Assembly (NCBI GenBank): GCA_963700145.1
Contig: OY969474.1
Span: 672,001 to 736,000 of the forward strand
Direction of reading: 5' to 3'
DNA: 64,000 bases
From: an uncultured Acidobacteriota bacterium
Lineage (GTDB): Bacteria; Acidobacteriota; Thermoanaerobaculia; Multivoradales; UBA5704
Shown here: positions 37,590 to 50,905 of the stretch, in pieces
How the letters are laid out: every line of letters begins with the position of its first letter
Numbering within the stretch: the stretch's first letter is position 1
Notes under the pieces: model-generated
Database searches by the model: none
Told to the model about the DNA's origin: nothing
What the model saw: only the letters and a program-made list of their open reading frames with translations
Translations under genes and position numbers: made by a program

Positions 37590-38369
37590 GTGCGGCGAAC
37601 GAGCGCGGCCGTCCGCGCCTACTACCGGCGGGTGCTGCCGTTCTACGACCGGGAGCTGGCCGACCGCGGCGACGGGCCGTTCTGGGAACAGGCGGCGGGG
37701 GAGCCGCCGGAGTGCCGAGTGCTGGAGGTCGGCTGCGGCAGCGGGCGGGCGACCGCCTTCTTAGCCCGCGCCGCCGCCGCGGTAACCGCGTTCGACCTGA
37801 GCCCGGAGATGCTGGCCGCGGCGCGGCGCCGGCTGGCCGAGCTGGCGAACGTGCGGCTCTTCGCGGCCGACGTCCGCGGGCTCCGCCTGCGGGCGGCCTT
37901 CGACTTGGTCGCCGCCGTGGACGACCCCTTCGTGCACCTGCTGAGCGACGCCGACCGGGACCGGGCGCTGCGCGCCGCAGCCCGCCACCTGGCGCCGGAC
38001 GGGCGCTTCGTCCTCGACGCCGCCTGGCTCTCGCCGCGGCGGCGGCGGGCGGCCGCGTCGCGCGCCGGGCTCGTCATCGCCCACCGCGCCGCCGGCGGCT
38101 TGGCGGTCGAGGAGGTCTTGCGCTGCGAGCCGGGGAGCCGCGTCTGCGCCGTCCGCTTCACCTACGAGCCGTCCGGCGCGCCCGCCGTCGCCGCCAGCTT
38201 CCGCGGCCGCCTCTGGTCCCTCGCCGAGCTGCAGCGTCGCGCCCGCGCCGCCGGCCTCGCCGTCACGAACCTCTGGGGCGACTACGACCGCACCCCCTGG
38301 CACCGCGCCACCTCCCCCCGCCTCATCGCCGAGATGCGGCGGAAGGAAGCGCCCCCTCCCGCTGGTTAG
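37590..38369 (+). CDS. Class I SAM-dependent methyltransferase
   Basis: VLEVGCGSGR, FDLSPEML, HLAPDGRFV, WGDYD. GTG start inferred. Confidence 0.85.
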   Translation: MRRTSAAVRAYYRRVLPFYDRELADRGDGPFWEQAAGEPPECRVLEVGCGSGRATAFLARAAAAVTAFDLSPEMLAAARRRLAELANVRLFAADVRGLRLRAAFDLVAAVDDPFVHLLSDADRDRALRAAARHLAPDGRFVLDAAWLSPRRRRAAASRAGLVIAHRAAGGLAVEEVLRCEPGSRVCAVRFTYEPSGAPAVAASFRGRLWSLAELQRRARAAGLAVTNLWGDYDRTPWHRATSPRLIAEMRRKEAPPPAG

Positions 38370-38378
38370 AATCGCCGT

Positions 38379-40373
<1,995 letters not shown>

Positions 40374-40448
40374 AGAGGCAACGGGTCAATCGCTGTCGTA
40401 GAAACTGGCTAGACGGAGGAGCGGGCTGCCAACCACGGGAGGCGTGAG

Positions 40449-41051
40449 ATGACAAACTGGCAGTGGACCAACCTGACGACACAGCCGAGTCGAAGCTACG
40501 CGTGTGGCCACTGCGGTGCCCATATCTCGTCAGAGAAGGGGTACATCGCAACGGACCCTGGGCACGGAGGCATACATGTATTTATCTACATTTGCCACCA
40601 GTGTTTTGAGCCAACTTACCTTGCTCTCAACAAACAAGTCCCTGGGCAGGCACCCGGAGGTTCAGTAGGCGATGTTTCGGACCAAGGTGTCAGCGCCCTC
40701 TACGAGGAGGCCCGCCGTTCGGCAGCCGCCAACTCTCCCACGGCTTCGGTTCTTGCATGCCGCAAACTACTAATGCATATAGCGGTCTCGAAGGGTGCGA
40801 AGCCTGGAGAGAGTTTCGTTAGCTATGTCGACTATTTGGCAGCCAAGGGGTTCATCCCTCCAGATGGGCGTGACTGGGTTGACCACATTCGCCAGAAGGG
40901 CAATGAAGCAAATCACGAGATCGTAATCATGTCTGGCGCCGAAGCGGAAGAGCTCATTGCCTTCGTCGAGATGCTCCTCAAGTTCATCTTCGAGTTCCCG
41001 GCAAAGATGCGCCGCAAGGTACAGGCTCAGTCACCCGGCACACCGAAGTGA
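40449..41051 (+). CDS. DUF4145 (HEPN-like) domain protein with N-terminal Zn ribbon
   Basis: CGHC...CHQC, LYEEAR, CRKLL, IRQKGNEANH (RxxxNxxxH). Visibly lower GC than flanks. Confidence 0.8.
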   Translation: MTNWQWTNLTTQPSRSYACGHCGAHISSEKGYIATDPGHGGIHVFIYICHQCFEPTYLALNKQVPGQAPGGSVGDVSDQGVSALYEEARRSAAANSPTASVLACRKLLMHIAVSKGAKPGESFVSYVDYLAAKGFIPPDGRDWVDHIRQKGNEANHEIVIMSGAEAEELIAFVEMLLKFIFEFPAKMRRKVQAQSPGTPK

Positions 41052-41288
41052 CCTGGGAACCAATGGTTGGCCTTCAAGCATCAGAGATCCAACGCCAGAT
41101 CGCCACAATCCTGCTCCGCGAGTGGGCCCAGGCTGGGCGGCACCGGGAACGTGACACTCGCCTGCACTCGCGGTTGGCGGCCGGCACGCAGGTGCGTTGT
41201 TGCGGGTCGCTCCGACTGCTGGCGGAAGCGCCCCAAGCGCGACGGGCCGAAGCGGTGGAGCTAAGCGATGTGCGCGAAGGAGCCGCCG

Positions 41289-41483
41289 ATGATCTACAAG
41301 GTTCTACTCGTTCTCGCATCTCAGCACGAGGGGGGCTTTACCGTCACCTCGCCTCTGCTTCCGGAGCTCGTCACGGAAGGTGAAACGGTCGAGGAGGCGC
41401 TGGCGAACGTAGAAGACGCTCTTGCTGCCGTGATCGAGAGCTACCACGAGTTGGGCCGCGAACTGCCGCCTCCTTGGCTCTAG
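41289..41483 (+). CDS. hicB: HicB-family antitoxin (short, no intact hicA partner seen)
   Basis: EGGFTVTSPLLPELVTEGETVEEALANVEDAL. RBS AAGGAG. Confidence 0.8.
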   Translation: MIYKVLLVLASQHEGGFTVTSPLLPELVTEGETVEEALANVEDALAAVIESYHELGRELPPPWL

Positions 41484-41513
41484 AGGTTGTTATCCCCAGC
41501 TCGTAAGCTGTCG

Positions 41514-42878
41514 GGATCCGTCCCGATTCTTGTGGAAAAAGAAAGTGGCGTAACCTCCTAGCTGTCAAGCACATCCCGTCGCGTGGGCGGCGGAGGAGGG
41601 TTACGCCATGTGGGAGGGTAGCACGTCAGGGCAGGAGGTGATGCCGTTGCGCCGGGACATCCGGCGTCTGCTCGAGCAGAGGCTGCTCGAGGCCGTGGAG
41701 CTGGTGCTGGAGCAGGAGCTGCAGGAGGCGCTGGGTGCGCAGCCCTACCAGCGGACGGCGGTGCGCCGCGGCTACCGCAACGGGGCGACGCTGCGGCGGG
41801 TGACGACGGTGGCGGGGACGCGGCCGTTGCGGGTGCCGCGCGGTCGGGTGGCCACCGCGGAGGGCACGACCGAAGAGTTCACCAGCGCGCTGGTGCCGCG
41901 TTACGCACGGCGGGTGCGGCAGATCGACGCGGCGATCCTGTCGTGCTATCTGGCGGGGGCCAATAGCCGACGGATCGGCAAGGCGCTGGCGCCGCTGCTA
42001 GGAGAAGAGCACCTGTCCAAGAGCGCGGCCTCGCGCGTGGTGGGGCGGCTCAAGGAGCGGTTTGCCGCCTGGCGGCAGCGCGATTGTGCGGGCGAGCGCT
42101 ACGCGCTGCTGTTTCTCGACGGCTTCCACGTCAAGGTGCGGCTGGCGCGGCGGGTCGTGGCGGTGCCGGTGCTGGCCGCTCTGGGCGTGCGTCCCGACGG
42201 ACAGAAGGTCCTGGTGGCGTTGCGGTTGGCCACCAGCGAGGCGGCGCGGCTGTGGGGTGAGCTGCTCGAGGACCTGCAGCAGCGGGGCCTCGCGGCGCCG
42301 GAGTTGCTCATCGTCGACGGCCACGCGGGTCTACGCAAGGCGCTGGCGGCGTGGCCGGGGGTGCGCGTGCAGCGCTGCACTCAGCACAAGCTCCGAAACC
42401 TGCTGGAGCACTGCCCGCGCCATGCGCGCGGGGAGCTGCGGCGCGACTGGCGCCCGATCGTCGAGGCCCGCGACGGTGCGGCGGCGCACCAGGCCTACGC
42501 GGCCTTCCTCGCCAAGTGGTCCCGCCTGTGCCCGGCCGTCGCCCGCTCGCTGGAGGAGGCCGGAGAGGAGCTGTTGACCTTCTACGAGTTTCCCCGCTCG
42601 CTGTGGAGGACCCTGCGCTCGACCAACACGCTGGAAAACCTCCATCGCGAGTTTCGCCGCCGCACCAAGACCCAGGCCAGCTTCGCCACCGAAGAGGCGG
42701 CCTTGACCTTGCTCTGGGCGCTGGTGGCCTGCGGCCAGATCCGCCTGCGCAGCGTCAACGGCCACCAGGACTTGCAACGCTTCCTCGAAACGACTTGGAC
42801 GCAGGCCGCGTGAGGAGCTAACGTTAATCCGACAGACAGAGGGTTACGCCGAATCTCCACAAGAATCGGGACATATCC
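41514..42878 (+). mobile_element. IS256-family insertion sequence, 1365 bp
   Basis: IRL GGATCCGTCCCGATTCTTGTGGA, IRR reverse complement GGATATGTCCCGATTCTTGTGGA. 8-bp target duplication AGCTGTCG at 41506-41513 and 42879-42886. Confidence 0.93.
41608..42813 (+). CDS. IS256/Mutator-family DDE transposase
   Basis: RRGYRNG, LRVPR, FLDG, IVDGHAGL, QRCTQHK, STNTLENLHREFRRR. Confidence 0.95.
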   Translation: MWEGSTSGQEVMPLRRDIRRLLEQRLLEAVELVLEQELQEALGAQPYQRTAVRRGYRNGATLRRVTTVAGTRPLRVPRGRVATAEGTTEEFTSALVPRYARRVRQIDAAILSCYLAGANSRRIGKALAPLLGEEHLSKSAASRVVGRLKERFAAWRQRDCAGERYALLFLDGFHVKVRLARRVVAVPVLAALGVRPDGQKVLVALRLATSEAARLWGELLEDLQQRGLAAPELLIVDGHAGLRKALAAWPGVRVQRCTQHKLRNLLEHCPRHARGELRRDWRPIVEARDGAAAHQAYAAFLAKWSRLCPAVARSLEEAGEELLTFYEFPRSLWRTLRSTNTLENLHREFRRRTKTQASFATEEAALTLLWALVACGQIRLRSVNGHQDLQRFLETTWTQAA

Positions 42879-42897
42879 AGCTGTCGCAACTGACCGG

Positions 42898-43173
42898 CTA
42901 TAAGCCCTCTTCCCTGAACCGGCCGGAGGCGTACTTGTGGAGGACGCTGGAAATCAGCGTCTGGTACGGCACCCCTTCGATGAGCGCGCGTTTCTGGAGC
43001 GCCTCGAGGTCCCTGGTGGAGATCCGGATGTTGATCCGCCGGTCCTTCTTGAAGGTGGAGCTGGCGTATCTCTGATAGCGCCTCAGCTCGGAAGTCTTCG
43101 CAGCCACGGAGCTCCACTCTCCGGCTTCCACCGAGTCGAGCAGTTCCTTCTCTTCCTTCGGCAGCCGCGGCAT
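42898..43173 (-). CDS. Putative RHH/CopG (BrnA-like) antitoxin
   Basis: KDRRINIRIS..DL..LQKRA..EGVPYQTLISSVLHKY. Start overlaps the toxin stop. Confidence 0.8.
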   Translation of the reverse strand: MPRLPKEEKELLDSVEAGEWSSVAAKTSELRRYQRYASSTFKKDRRINIRISTRDLEALQKRALIEGVPYQTLISSVLHKYASGRFREEGL

Positions 43174-43451
43174 CAGTCGCCTCCCAAGTAGTGTTTCGTG
43201 GCTTTGCGGCTGGGGATGATCGTCTTCAGAAAGACTTCCGCCTCGGATTCCACGAAGGGCACGAGGTAGGCGTAGTGCTCGACCGCCACGACGAAGATCC
43301 GCTGGCCGCCGTAACGCTCCCGGTTCGGATGCTCGAGGATGTCGAGCAGGTCGCCGCGCTCGATGTGGTAGACGATTTCCTCGAAGCCGATTCCCCGTTC
43401 CTGCCGCAATAGCTCGTTCTTCTCGACGCTCCACGAGAAGCGCTTCACCAT
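43173..43451 (-). CDS. Putative BrnT-like toxin
   Basis: FSWSVEKNELLRQERGIGFEEI...HPN...LKTIIPSRKATK. Confidence 0.8.
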   Translation of the reverse strand: MVKRFSWSVEKNELLRQERGIGFEEIVYHIERGDLLDILEHPNRERYGGQRIFVVAVEHYAYLVPFVESEAEVFLKTIIPSRKATKHYLGGD

Positions 43452-43510
43452 CGAACCCTAGCACAGGGTGTGTGCCGAACGTCATCGGCTAAGAGGCCCT
43501 TCGGGCGCCC

Positions 43511-44389
43511 TCAGCGCACCTTGATCGACACCGGCCCGTTGACCGTCGAGAGGCGCACGCGGACGGGGCCTTCGCCGAGCTCGAAGCGTCGGCCTTCGTC
43601 TTGCCAGGTGCGGCGGGCGGCGGCGCAGCCGGAGCAGCTCCAGGGGGAGTTGCCGGAGGCCTCGACGACGACGCCGGAGCGGAAGGACTCGTCGACCGAG
43701 AGGCTGAGCGGGCCGTTGACCGCGCGGGCGTCGAGGCCCTCGCCGTCCCAGTCGCCGTCGGCGAGGCGCACCGAGATCGGGCCGTTGTTGGCGCGCACCT
43801 TCACGTCGCCGCCGCCGCCGGAGATCGAGACCGGGCCGTTCTGCACCGCGACGTCGTAGGCGCCTTCGGTGCCGCGCAGCGCGATCGGTCCGTTCTCGGC
43901 GCGCAGCCGGAAGTCACCCGCGGTGTCGCGCACGGCGAGGGGGCCGTTGCGCACCGCGACGTCCATCGCCGCGTCGCGCGGGGCCGCGATCAGGAAGTAG
44001 ACCAGCCAGTCGCCGCCGCCCGGCCCGCTGCCGGCGAGCCGGCCGTCGCCGGATTCGACGCGGATGCGCCCGAGCTGCCGCTCCGCGGCCTCCTGCGTCC
44101 CCGCCACGGCGGCCTTGCAGACCTGTACCTCGTAGTCCCGCCCGGCGCCGCCGGTGACGTAGACGCCGCCGTTGCGCGACCCCTCGACGACCAGCCGCGC
44201 GCCACGGGGCGCCGGCAGGGTCAAGGACTCCTCGGCCCGCGCCACCCGCCGACCGTGGGCGGTGACTTCGAGGTCCGAGCAGTCGCGGATGTCGTCCCCC
44301 CGCGTGCTGACGTTGAAACCGTCGGCGCAGGCGGGCGCGGACGCGAGCAGCAGGGCCGCGGCCGCGAGGTACAGCGAGTGAGTGCGCAT
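43511..44389 (-). CDS. Secreted DUF4097-like beta-strand repeat protein
   Basis: Signal peptide from ATG 44389, repeated xxNGP(I/L/V) motifs. Confidence 0.75.
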   Translation of the reverse strand: MRTHSLYLAAAALLLASAPACADGFNVSTRGDDIRDCSDLEVTAHGRRVARAEESLTLPAPRGARLVVEGSRNGGVYVTGGAGRDYEVQVCKAAVAGTQEAAERQLGRIRVESGDGRLAGSGPGGGDWLVYFLIAAPRDAAMDVAVRNGPLAVRDTAGDFRLRAENGPIALRGTEGAYDVAVQNGPVSISGGGGDVKVRANNGPISVRLADGDWDGEGLDARAVNGPLSLSVDESFRSGVVVEASGNSPWSCSGCAAARRTWQDEGRRFELGEGPVRVRLSTVNGPVSIKVR

Positions 44390-44479
44390 CGGATCGTCTC
44401 CTCTGAAGAGCGCGCCGCCGGGCCGGCGGCCGCGCTGCACCTCCTTAGACGCGCCGTGCCGCGCCCGGTTGGCCCGTGC

Positions 44480-44518
44480 AAAAGAAAAGCGGCGGACCGC
44501 GTCGCCGCGACCCGCCGC
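44480..44518 (-). terminator. Intrinsic terminator of the beta-propeller gene
   Basis: Minus strand GCGGCGGGTCGCG-GCGA-CGCGGTCCGCCGC followed by TTTTCTTTT. Confidence 0.8.
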
Positions 44519-44544
44519 CAGCTACCGCAGGATCCCTCCTCCGC

Positions 44545-47490
44545 TTACTTCACCTTCAGCTTCCAGATGCCCTGGCCGTGCGTGCCGGCCAAGAGGGAGT
44601 CCCTCTCCGGCATGTAGACCAGGTCGGCCACGTTGACGTTGGGCAGACCGGCCGGCGAGGGCTTCCACTTGTCGGAGCCGTGCTTCTTCACCGCCACCCC
44701 GAAGCTGTTGCCGACGTAGATGTTGCCCTGGTTGGTGACGACGATCGCGTTGGCCGGAATGTCCGGGTAGTTCTTCTCCGGGTCCAGCGAGTCCAGCATG
44801 GTGAACGTCGCCGTTCCCGCCCCGGGGTTGTAGGTCACTTCGAAGATGTGGCCCGGGGTGAGCGGCGTCTTGGCGCTGAAGCCGCTGTAGCTGATCCAGG
44901 CGTGGTTGGGGTTGGTCCGGTCGACGAAGATCGCCGTCGGGTAGCGCGGCGGGTCGTTGGCGGCCAGGCTGTCGAGCCGGGTGAAGGTGACGGTCGTGGG
45001 GTCCGCGTTGTCGACGTTCTTGGAGATGAAGACGCGGCCGGTGCTCGTCGTCGCCCACAGCGTCTTGGTGTCGCTGTAGGCGCGCTCCACCGTGGAGATG
45101 TGCCCGCCGGCGCGGTCGCCGAAGACCGCGTTGGTCAACCTGCCGGCCGCGGTCTGATTGCCCAGCGCCCTCCAGTCGTCGCAGAGGTCGGTGAGCGGCT
45201 CGTAGGTGCCGTCCTCGTCGATGTCGCCGTCGCCGGTCCAGACGCTGCAGTGCTGCCGGTGCTTGGCCTTGGTCAGCCCGACGGCGCGGCCCCAGTTCTT
45301 CGAGCGGAACACGTGCTCGCGGCCGGTCCAGAGGGTGCCGGGCGTCACCGGGTCGGTGATCGCGCTGGTGATGAACGGAGAGGCCTCGTTGAAGAGGATG
45401 AACAGGGTGTCCGAGATCCAGTTGACGTCGGCCTGGTCGAGCGAGTTGTAGCGCACCGAGAGCTGGCCGGACTGGAAGGAGGTCAGCGCGAACTCCGGAT
45501 CGTGGCCCGGCCCCGGCGCGTCGAAGGCGTTGTGGCCGCCGTCGGCGACGTTGACGTTGACCCAGGTGTCCTTGTCGCCCAGCGTTTCCCACGAGCCGTT
45601 GTCCTGGGTGCCGCCGGCGAGCCGGTCGGGGTTCGTGCGGTCGTACTCGACCTGGTAGAAGTGGAGGGTCCGCAGCCCCTTGTTGATCGCCCGGAGCTCC
45701 TGCGGCACCCGCGACAGCACCAGCTCGCAGAACGTGCGGTTCCCGCCGGTGTACGACTTCGGCGGGGCCGCACAGTCGGCCGACTCGTCGACGAAGACGC
45801 CGTCCGAGCGGTTGACGCCGCCGTCCCCGAAGTCGAAGAACTGCATCCAGTTGGTGGGGTTGACGACGACCGCGTGGTGGTCCGGGTGCAGCGCGCCCGG
45901 CTGGGTGTTGCTGCGGCTGTCCTCGGTCAGGTCGGTGAACGTCGCCCCGGCGTCGGTGGAGACCAGGACGGCGCGGCCGTTCGACCGCCCGGTGGAGCTG
46001 GGCGCGTAGTTGTTCTCGTTGTACTGGTTGGCGCCCGCGAGGTAGACGGTGTCGACCGTCGCTCCCGACGACGCCGGCGGCACGTACACGTAGCTGTCGT
46101 AGGAGCACTGCCCGTCGCAGAAGCCGAAGCTGGAGTAGCCCGGCGAGTTGACGACGGAACTCGTGGTGGTGACCCAGGTGGCCGCGACCGTGGCGGCGGC
46201 CGGGTTGCGCACCGCGTCGTTGCGGCGGAAGCGGGCGAACAGGCCGCCGCCGCCGACGCCGACGTACATCCGCGTCTCGCCGCTCGGCAGCTCGACGACG
46301 TCGAACTCGGCGCGCTCGGTGGTGACCGTGGCGGCTCCGAGCCGCGGCATGATCTGCTCCCAAGTTCCCGGATCGCCGTTCGACTTCGAGCGCCAGATGC
46401 CGCGGGCGAAGAACGAGGCGTAGACCGTGTTCGGGTCGACGGGGTCGAACTTCACACGGCGCGCGCCGCGCGGCGAGCAGGCCGTCAGGTTCAACGACAC
46501 GTCGTCCGGGGTGTTGGCGGTGCAGTTCGCGGGCGCGCCCTGGTTGACCAGCTCCCAGGTCTGGCCGCGGTCCTGCGACCGCCAGACCCCGAAGTGCGGC
46601 GCGCCCGGGATCAGCGCGTCGGCGCCGCCGCAGCAGGTGTTGCTGACGCCCACGACGCCGCGGCCGGCGCCGACGAAGATGGTATTGGGGTCGCCCGGCT
46701 TGACCTCGACCGAGCCGGCGGCGCGGCCGAAGAAGGCCTCCACGCCGAGCGGACCGCTCCAGGAGTTGCCGCCGTTGGTCGACACGTAGACGCCGACCCC
46801 GGCCTCGCAGCCGCTGCCGCAGGCGTTGGGCTCGCCGGTGCCGGCCCATAGCGTCCGGTGGCTGGCGTCGTTGGGGTCGAGCGCGAGGGACGAGACGTTG
46901 TTCTGCTCGAAGCTGTGCGAGATGTACTCCCAGGCCGGCTCGGGAGCGAGCGCGTCGGCGGTCCGCCAGACGCCGCCGTTGGCGTTGGCGATCCACAGGG
47001 TGCAATCGCCCGCCGTGCAGTCCGGCGAGATCACGGCGTGGACCGTGCGGCCGCTGAAGTTCTCGGTCCCGGCGTTGTACACGGAGCGGTCGCGGTACGG
47101 GTTGGCCAGGTCGTTGAGGCCGTTGGTGGGACCGAAGGGCTGCCAGGCCCCCGTCCCTTCGGCCGGCCGCGCCTTGAACCCCTGCCAGCCGGCGAGCGCT
47201 CCGCTCAAGGCGCTGAGCGGAGTCGGCCCGTTGCCCTGGCCGTCGGTGTTCTTCTCCAGCCAGTCCTGTTCGGCGAAGCTGGCGGGGCCGGCTTCCTGCA
47301 GCCTCGTTTCGTCCCAGGGCGCGAACTTCTGCGCCTGCGCCATCTTCTGGGCCAGCGCGGCCGGCTTCTTCCCCCCGACCGCGCGCTCGGGTTTGGCCAT
47401 CGTGCGCTGGGTCGCGCACGAGGCGGCGAGCAGCGGGACGAGAAAGGCGAGGAAAACCACCACGTGCCGACGAAGCAGCATGCTCTTCAT
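44545..47490 (-). CDS. Large secreted/lipoprotein with BNR/Asp-box beta-propellers (VPS10/GH74-like fold)
   Basis: LAASC lipobox-like, SGR, GGVWRT, GTGE, STNGGNSW, SQDRGQTW, STDAGATF, HPDHH, GGTQDNG, GTHGQGIW. Confidence 0.8.
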   Translation of the reverse strand: MKSMLLRRHVVVFLAFLVPLLAASCATQRTMAKPERAVGGKKPAALAQKMAQAQKFAPWDETRLQEAGPASFAEQDWLEKNTDGQGNGPTPLSALSGALAGWQGFKARPAEGTGAWQPFGPTNGLNDLANPYRDRSVYNAGTENFSGRTVHAVISPDCTAGDCTLWIANANGGVWRTADALAPEPAWEYISHSFEQNNVSSLALDPNDASHRTLWAGTGEPNACGSGCEAGVGVYVSTNGGNSWSGPLGVEAFFGRAAGSVEVKPGDPNTIFVGAGRGVVGVSNTCCGGADALIPGAPHFGVWRSQDRGQTWELVNQGAPANCTANTPDDVSLNLTACSPRGARRVKFDPVDPNTVYASFFARGIWRSKSNGDPGTWEQIMPRLGAATVTTERAEFDVVELPSGETRMYVGVGGGGLFARFRRNDAVRNPAAATVAATWVTTTSSVVNSPGYSSFGFCDGQCSYDSYVYVPPASSGATVDTVYLAGANQYNENNYAPSSTGRSNGRAVLVSTDAGATFTDLTEDSRSNTQPGALHPDHHAVVVNPTNWMQFFDFGDGGVNRSDGVFVDESADCAAPPKSYTGGNRTFCELVLSRVPQELRAINKGLRTLHFYQVEYDRTNPDRLAGGTQDNGSWETLGDKDTWVNVNVADGGHNAFDAPGPGHDPEFALTSFQSGQLSVRYNSLDQADVNWISDTLFILFNEASPFITSAITDPVTPGTLWTGREHVFRSKNWGRAVGLTKAKHRQHCSVWTGDGDIDEDGTYEPLTDLCDDWRALGNQTAAGRLTNAVFGDRAGGHISTVERAYSDTKTLWATTSTGRVFISKNVDNADPTTVTFTRLDSLAANDPPRYPTAIFVDRTNPNHAWISYSGFSAKTPLTPGHIFEVTYNPGAGTATFTMLDSLDPEKNYPDIPANAIVVTNQGNIYVGNSFGVAVKKHGSDKWKPSPAGLPNVNVADLVYMPERDSLLAGTHGQGIWKLKVK

Positions 47491-47612
47491 TCTTCCCCCT
47501 TCGTTGAGTGCGATTGTGGACGGGACGACGCGCTATTTCTGACACGCTTCGCGGCAAAGGTCAACTCTTCGCCAACACTCTACGCAGCAAAGCGATATCT
47601 CTTTTTGGCGAT

Positions 47613-49493
47613 TCAAGCTCCTTCTGTCGGAGCGAGCGCCTCGCGCACCTTCGCCAGCACCGCCTCGCCGTAGCGGGCGAGCTTCGCCTCGCCGATGCCG
47701 GAGACCTGGCCGAGCTCGGCGAGGGTGCGCGGCGCGCGCGCGGCGACGGCGCGGAGGGTGGCGTCGTGGAAGACGACGTAGGCCGGCACGCCCTGCGCCA
47801 GCGCCAGGTCGCGGCGCAGGGCGCGCAGCGCCTCGAACAGCTGCTCGGCGGCGGGATCGAGAGGGACGGCGGCGAAGAGGCCCGGCGCCGCGCCGGCGGC
47901 GCTCCGGTCGGCGCGGCGGCGGGTGCGCGCCGAGGGCTTTCGCTCCTCGCGCAGGAGGAGGCTCTTCTCGCCGCGCAGCACCGGCCAGGCGTCGGGCTCG
48001 AGCCGCAGCGTCTGCATCCCCTCGACCTCCGCCGCGAGGAGGCCGCGCACCAGGAGCTGGCGCAGCAGCGTCCGCCAGGCCTTGGGCTCGAGGTCGGCGC
48101 CGACGCCGAAGGTGGGGAGGCGCTCGTGGCCGTGACGCAGCACCTTCTCGGTGCGCTCGCCGCGCAGCACGTCGATGACGTGCATCATCCCGAAGCGCTG
48201 GCCGGTGCGGTAGACCGCCGAGAGCGCCTTCTGCGCCGGCACCGTGGCGTCCCAGGTGGCGATCGGCTCGAGGCAGGTGTCGCAGTTGCCGCAAGGGCCG
48301 GGCGGCTCCTCGCCGAAGTAGCGCAGCAGGGAGCGCCGCCGGCACTCCGTCGTCTCGCAGTAGCCGAGGAGCGAGTCGAGCTTGCGCCGCTCGACCTGCT
48401 TGCGCGTCTCCTCGGCCTCGCCGGCGTCGATCCGCCGCCGCAGCGCCAGCACGTCGCCGAGGCCGTAGGTCATCCAGGCGTCGGCCGGCTCGCCGTCGCG
48501 GCCGGCGCGCCCGGTCTCCTGGTGGTAGGCCTCGAGGCTGCTCGGCAAGTCGAGGTGGGCGACGAAGCGCACGTCGGGACGGTCGATGCCGAGGCCGAAG
48601 GCGACGGTGGCGACGACCACCAGCCCCTCGCCGGAGCGGAAGCGGCCGAGCGTCGCCGCGCGCTCGGCGGGGCTCAGGCCGGCGTGGTAGGGGAGCGCGG
48701 CAACGCCCTGCTCGGCGAGGAACGATGCCGTCGCCTCGACCTTGGCGCGCGACAGGCGGTAGACGATGCCGCAGTCGCCGGGATGCTCCTCGCGCAGGAA
48801 GGTCAGGAGCTGGCGCGCCGGGTCCTCGCGCTTGTCGACGACGCGGTAGCGCACGTTCGGGCGGTCGAAGCTGGCGAGGAAGAGCCGCGCCCGCGGCAGG
48901 TCCAGCCGCTCGACGATCTCGCGCCGCGTCGGTGGGTCGGCGGTGGCGGTGAGGGCGAGCCGCGGCACGCCGGGGAAGCGGCGGCCGAGGACGCCGAGAC
49001 CCAGGTACTCGGGGCGGAAGTCGTGCCCCCACTGCGAGACGCAGTGCGCCTCGTCGATGGCGAGGAGGGCGAGCGGCGTCTGGTCGAGGAGGGTGAGGAA
49101 GCGGTCGGTGAGAAGGCGCTCGGGCGCGACGTAGAGGAGGTCGAGCTCGCCCGCGGCGAAGCGGCGCTCGACGGCGGCGAGCTCGCCGGGCGGAAGCCCC
49201 GAGTGCGCCGCGGCCGCCGCCACGCCGAGCTGCCGCAGCGCCGCTACTTGGTCCTGCATCAACGCCACGAGCGGCGAGACGACCACCCCGGTCCCCGGCC
49301 GCAGGATGGCGGGAAGCTGGAAGCAGAGCGACTTCCCGCCGCCCGTCGGCCAGACGACGAAGGCGTCGTCCCCGGCGAGGAGGGAAGCCACCACCGACTC
49401 CTGCGCGCCGCGGAAGGCGTCGAACCCGAAGACCCGCTTGAGCGTGGCGCGGGCGTCGGCAAGGGTGGTGGGGGAGAGCGAGGCGGTCACCAT
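47613..49493 (-). CDS. recQ: ATP-dependent DNA helicase RecQ
   Basis: [47 protein letters not shown] and HRDC domains. Confidence 0.97.
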   Translation of the reverse strand: MVTASLSPTTLADARATLKRVFGFDAFRGAQESVVASLLAGDDAFVVWPTGGGKSLCFQLPAILRPGTGVVVSPLVALMQDQVAALRQLGVAAAAAHSGLPPGELAAVERRFAAGELDLLYVAPERLLTDRFLTLLDQTPLALLAIDEAHCVSQWGHDFRPEYLGLGVLGRRFPGVPRLALTATADPPTRREIVERLDLPRARLFLASFDRPNVRYRVVDKREDPARQLLTFLREEHPGDCGIVYRLSRAKVEATASFLAEQGVAALPYHAGLSPAERAATLGRFRSGEGLVVVATVAFGLGIDRPDVRFVAHLDLPSSLEAYHQETGRAGRDGEPADAWMTYGLGDVLALRRRIDAGEAEETRKQVERRKLDSLLGYCETTECRRRSLLRYFGEEPPGPCGNCDTCLEPIATWDATVPAQKALSAVYRTGQRFGMMHVIDVLRGERTEKVLRHGHERLPTFGVGADLEPKAWRTLLRQLLVRGLLAAEVEGMQTLRLEPDAWPVLRGEKSLLLREERKPSARTRRRADRSAAGAAPGLFAAVPLDPAAEQLFEALRALRRDLALAQGVPAYVVFHDATLRAVAARAPRTLAELGQVSGIGEAKLARYGEAVLAKVREALAPTEGA

Positions 49494-49636
49494 GGAGAGA
49501 ATGACGGAAAAGCGCCTGTCCCGCTCTTCCCTTTGATGCGCACTTGACCATATAGCGATTCTGCTAGGGGAGTTCGACCGCCGGGGCACCGACGTCGCCG
49601 GGATGGGGGACCCTCGCCTTTCGAAGGAGAACGACC

Positions 49637-50179
49637 ATGCGATCGACCTCGCGCACGTCCTGTCCACACACCCTGGTCCCGGTCCTGCTGCTCCTCTTCG
49701 CCGCCGCGCCTGCCTTCGCGGAGCGCGTCACGAACACGCCGCTCCTCTTCGCGGTCGAGGTCGGCGCGGGCGCCGCGCGTGAAGCGCAGCTCGAATGCGC
49801 CGCGGCGGCGCGCGCCGGCGAGCGGGCGGGACTCATGGTGCGCAACGCCGGCCCCTACGAAGCCGTCCTCTTCTTCGCCAACGGTCAGGAGCGGACTCTC
49901 GCACCGGGCGAGCGGATCACTCTGTCCGCCGAGGCCGCCGCCCTCTCGACCCACCGCTGCGTCTGCCGCTGCACCTGCTCGGGCGAAGGCTTCAGCCAGC
50001 CCATTTCGTTCCCCTGCGATGCGAGCACCGGGCCGGATACTTGCCCGAGCGCGAACGGGTCGGCCTGCTTCGTCTTCGTGGGCAGCGACCTCAAGGAGGG
50101 CACGCTGAGCGGCTGCACCCGCGCCTATGTCCCGGTCGCCGCCCAACCGGCCGAGCAGGAGCCCGCGGAAAGGCCCTGA
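49637..50179 (+). CDS. Secreted Cys-rich hypothetical protein
   Basis: RBS AAGGAG, signal peptide (PAFA), C-terminal CVCRCTC plus four more Cys. Confidence 0.65.
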   Translation: MRSTSRTSCPHTLVPVLLLLFAAAPAFAERVTNTPLLFAVEVGAGAAREAQLECAAAARAGERAGLMVRNAGPYEAVLFFANGQERTLAPGERITLSAEAAALSTHRCVCRCTCSGEGFSQPISFPCDASTGPDTCPSANGSACFVFVGSDLKEGTLSGCTRAYVPVAAQPAEQEPAERP

Positions 50180-50242
50180 CTCAGCTCACCGAGCTCGAGC
50201 GTGCCGCCGGGTGAAGCCCGCAACCACCCGGCGGCACGCCGG

Positions 50243-50890
<648 letters not shown>

Positions 50891-50905
50891 GGTGAAGAGT
50901 CTACG

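Noticed and set aside
41048-41383. 111-aa ORF after DUF4145
   Set aside because: No recognisable family beyond a short IATILLREW stretch, and it overlaps hicB in another frame. Probably a remnant.
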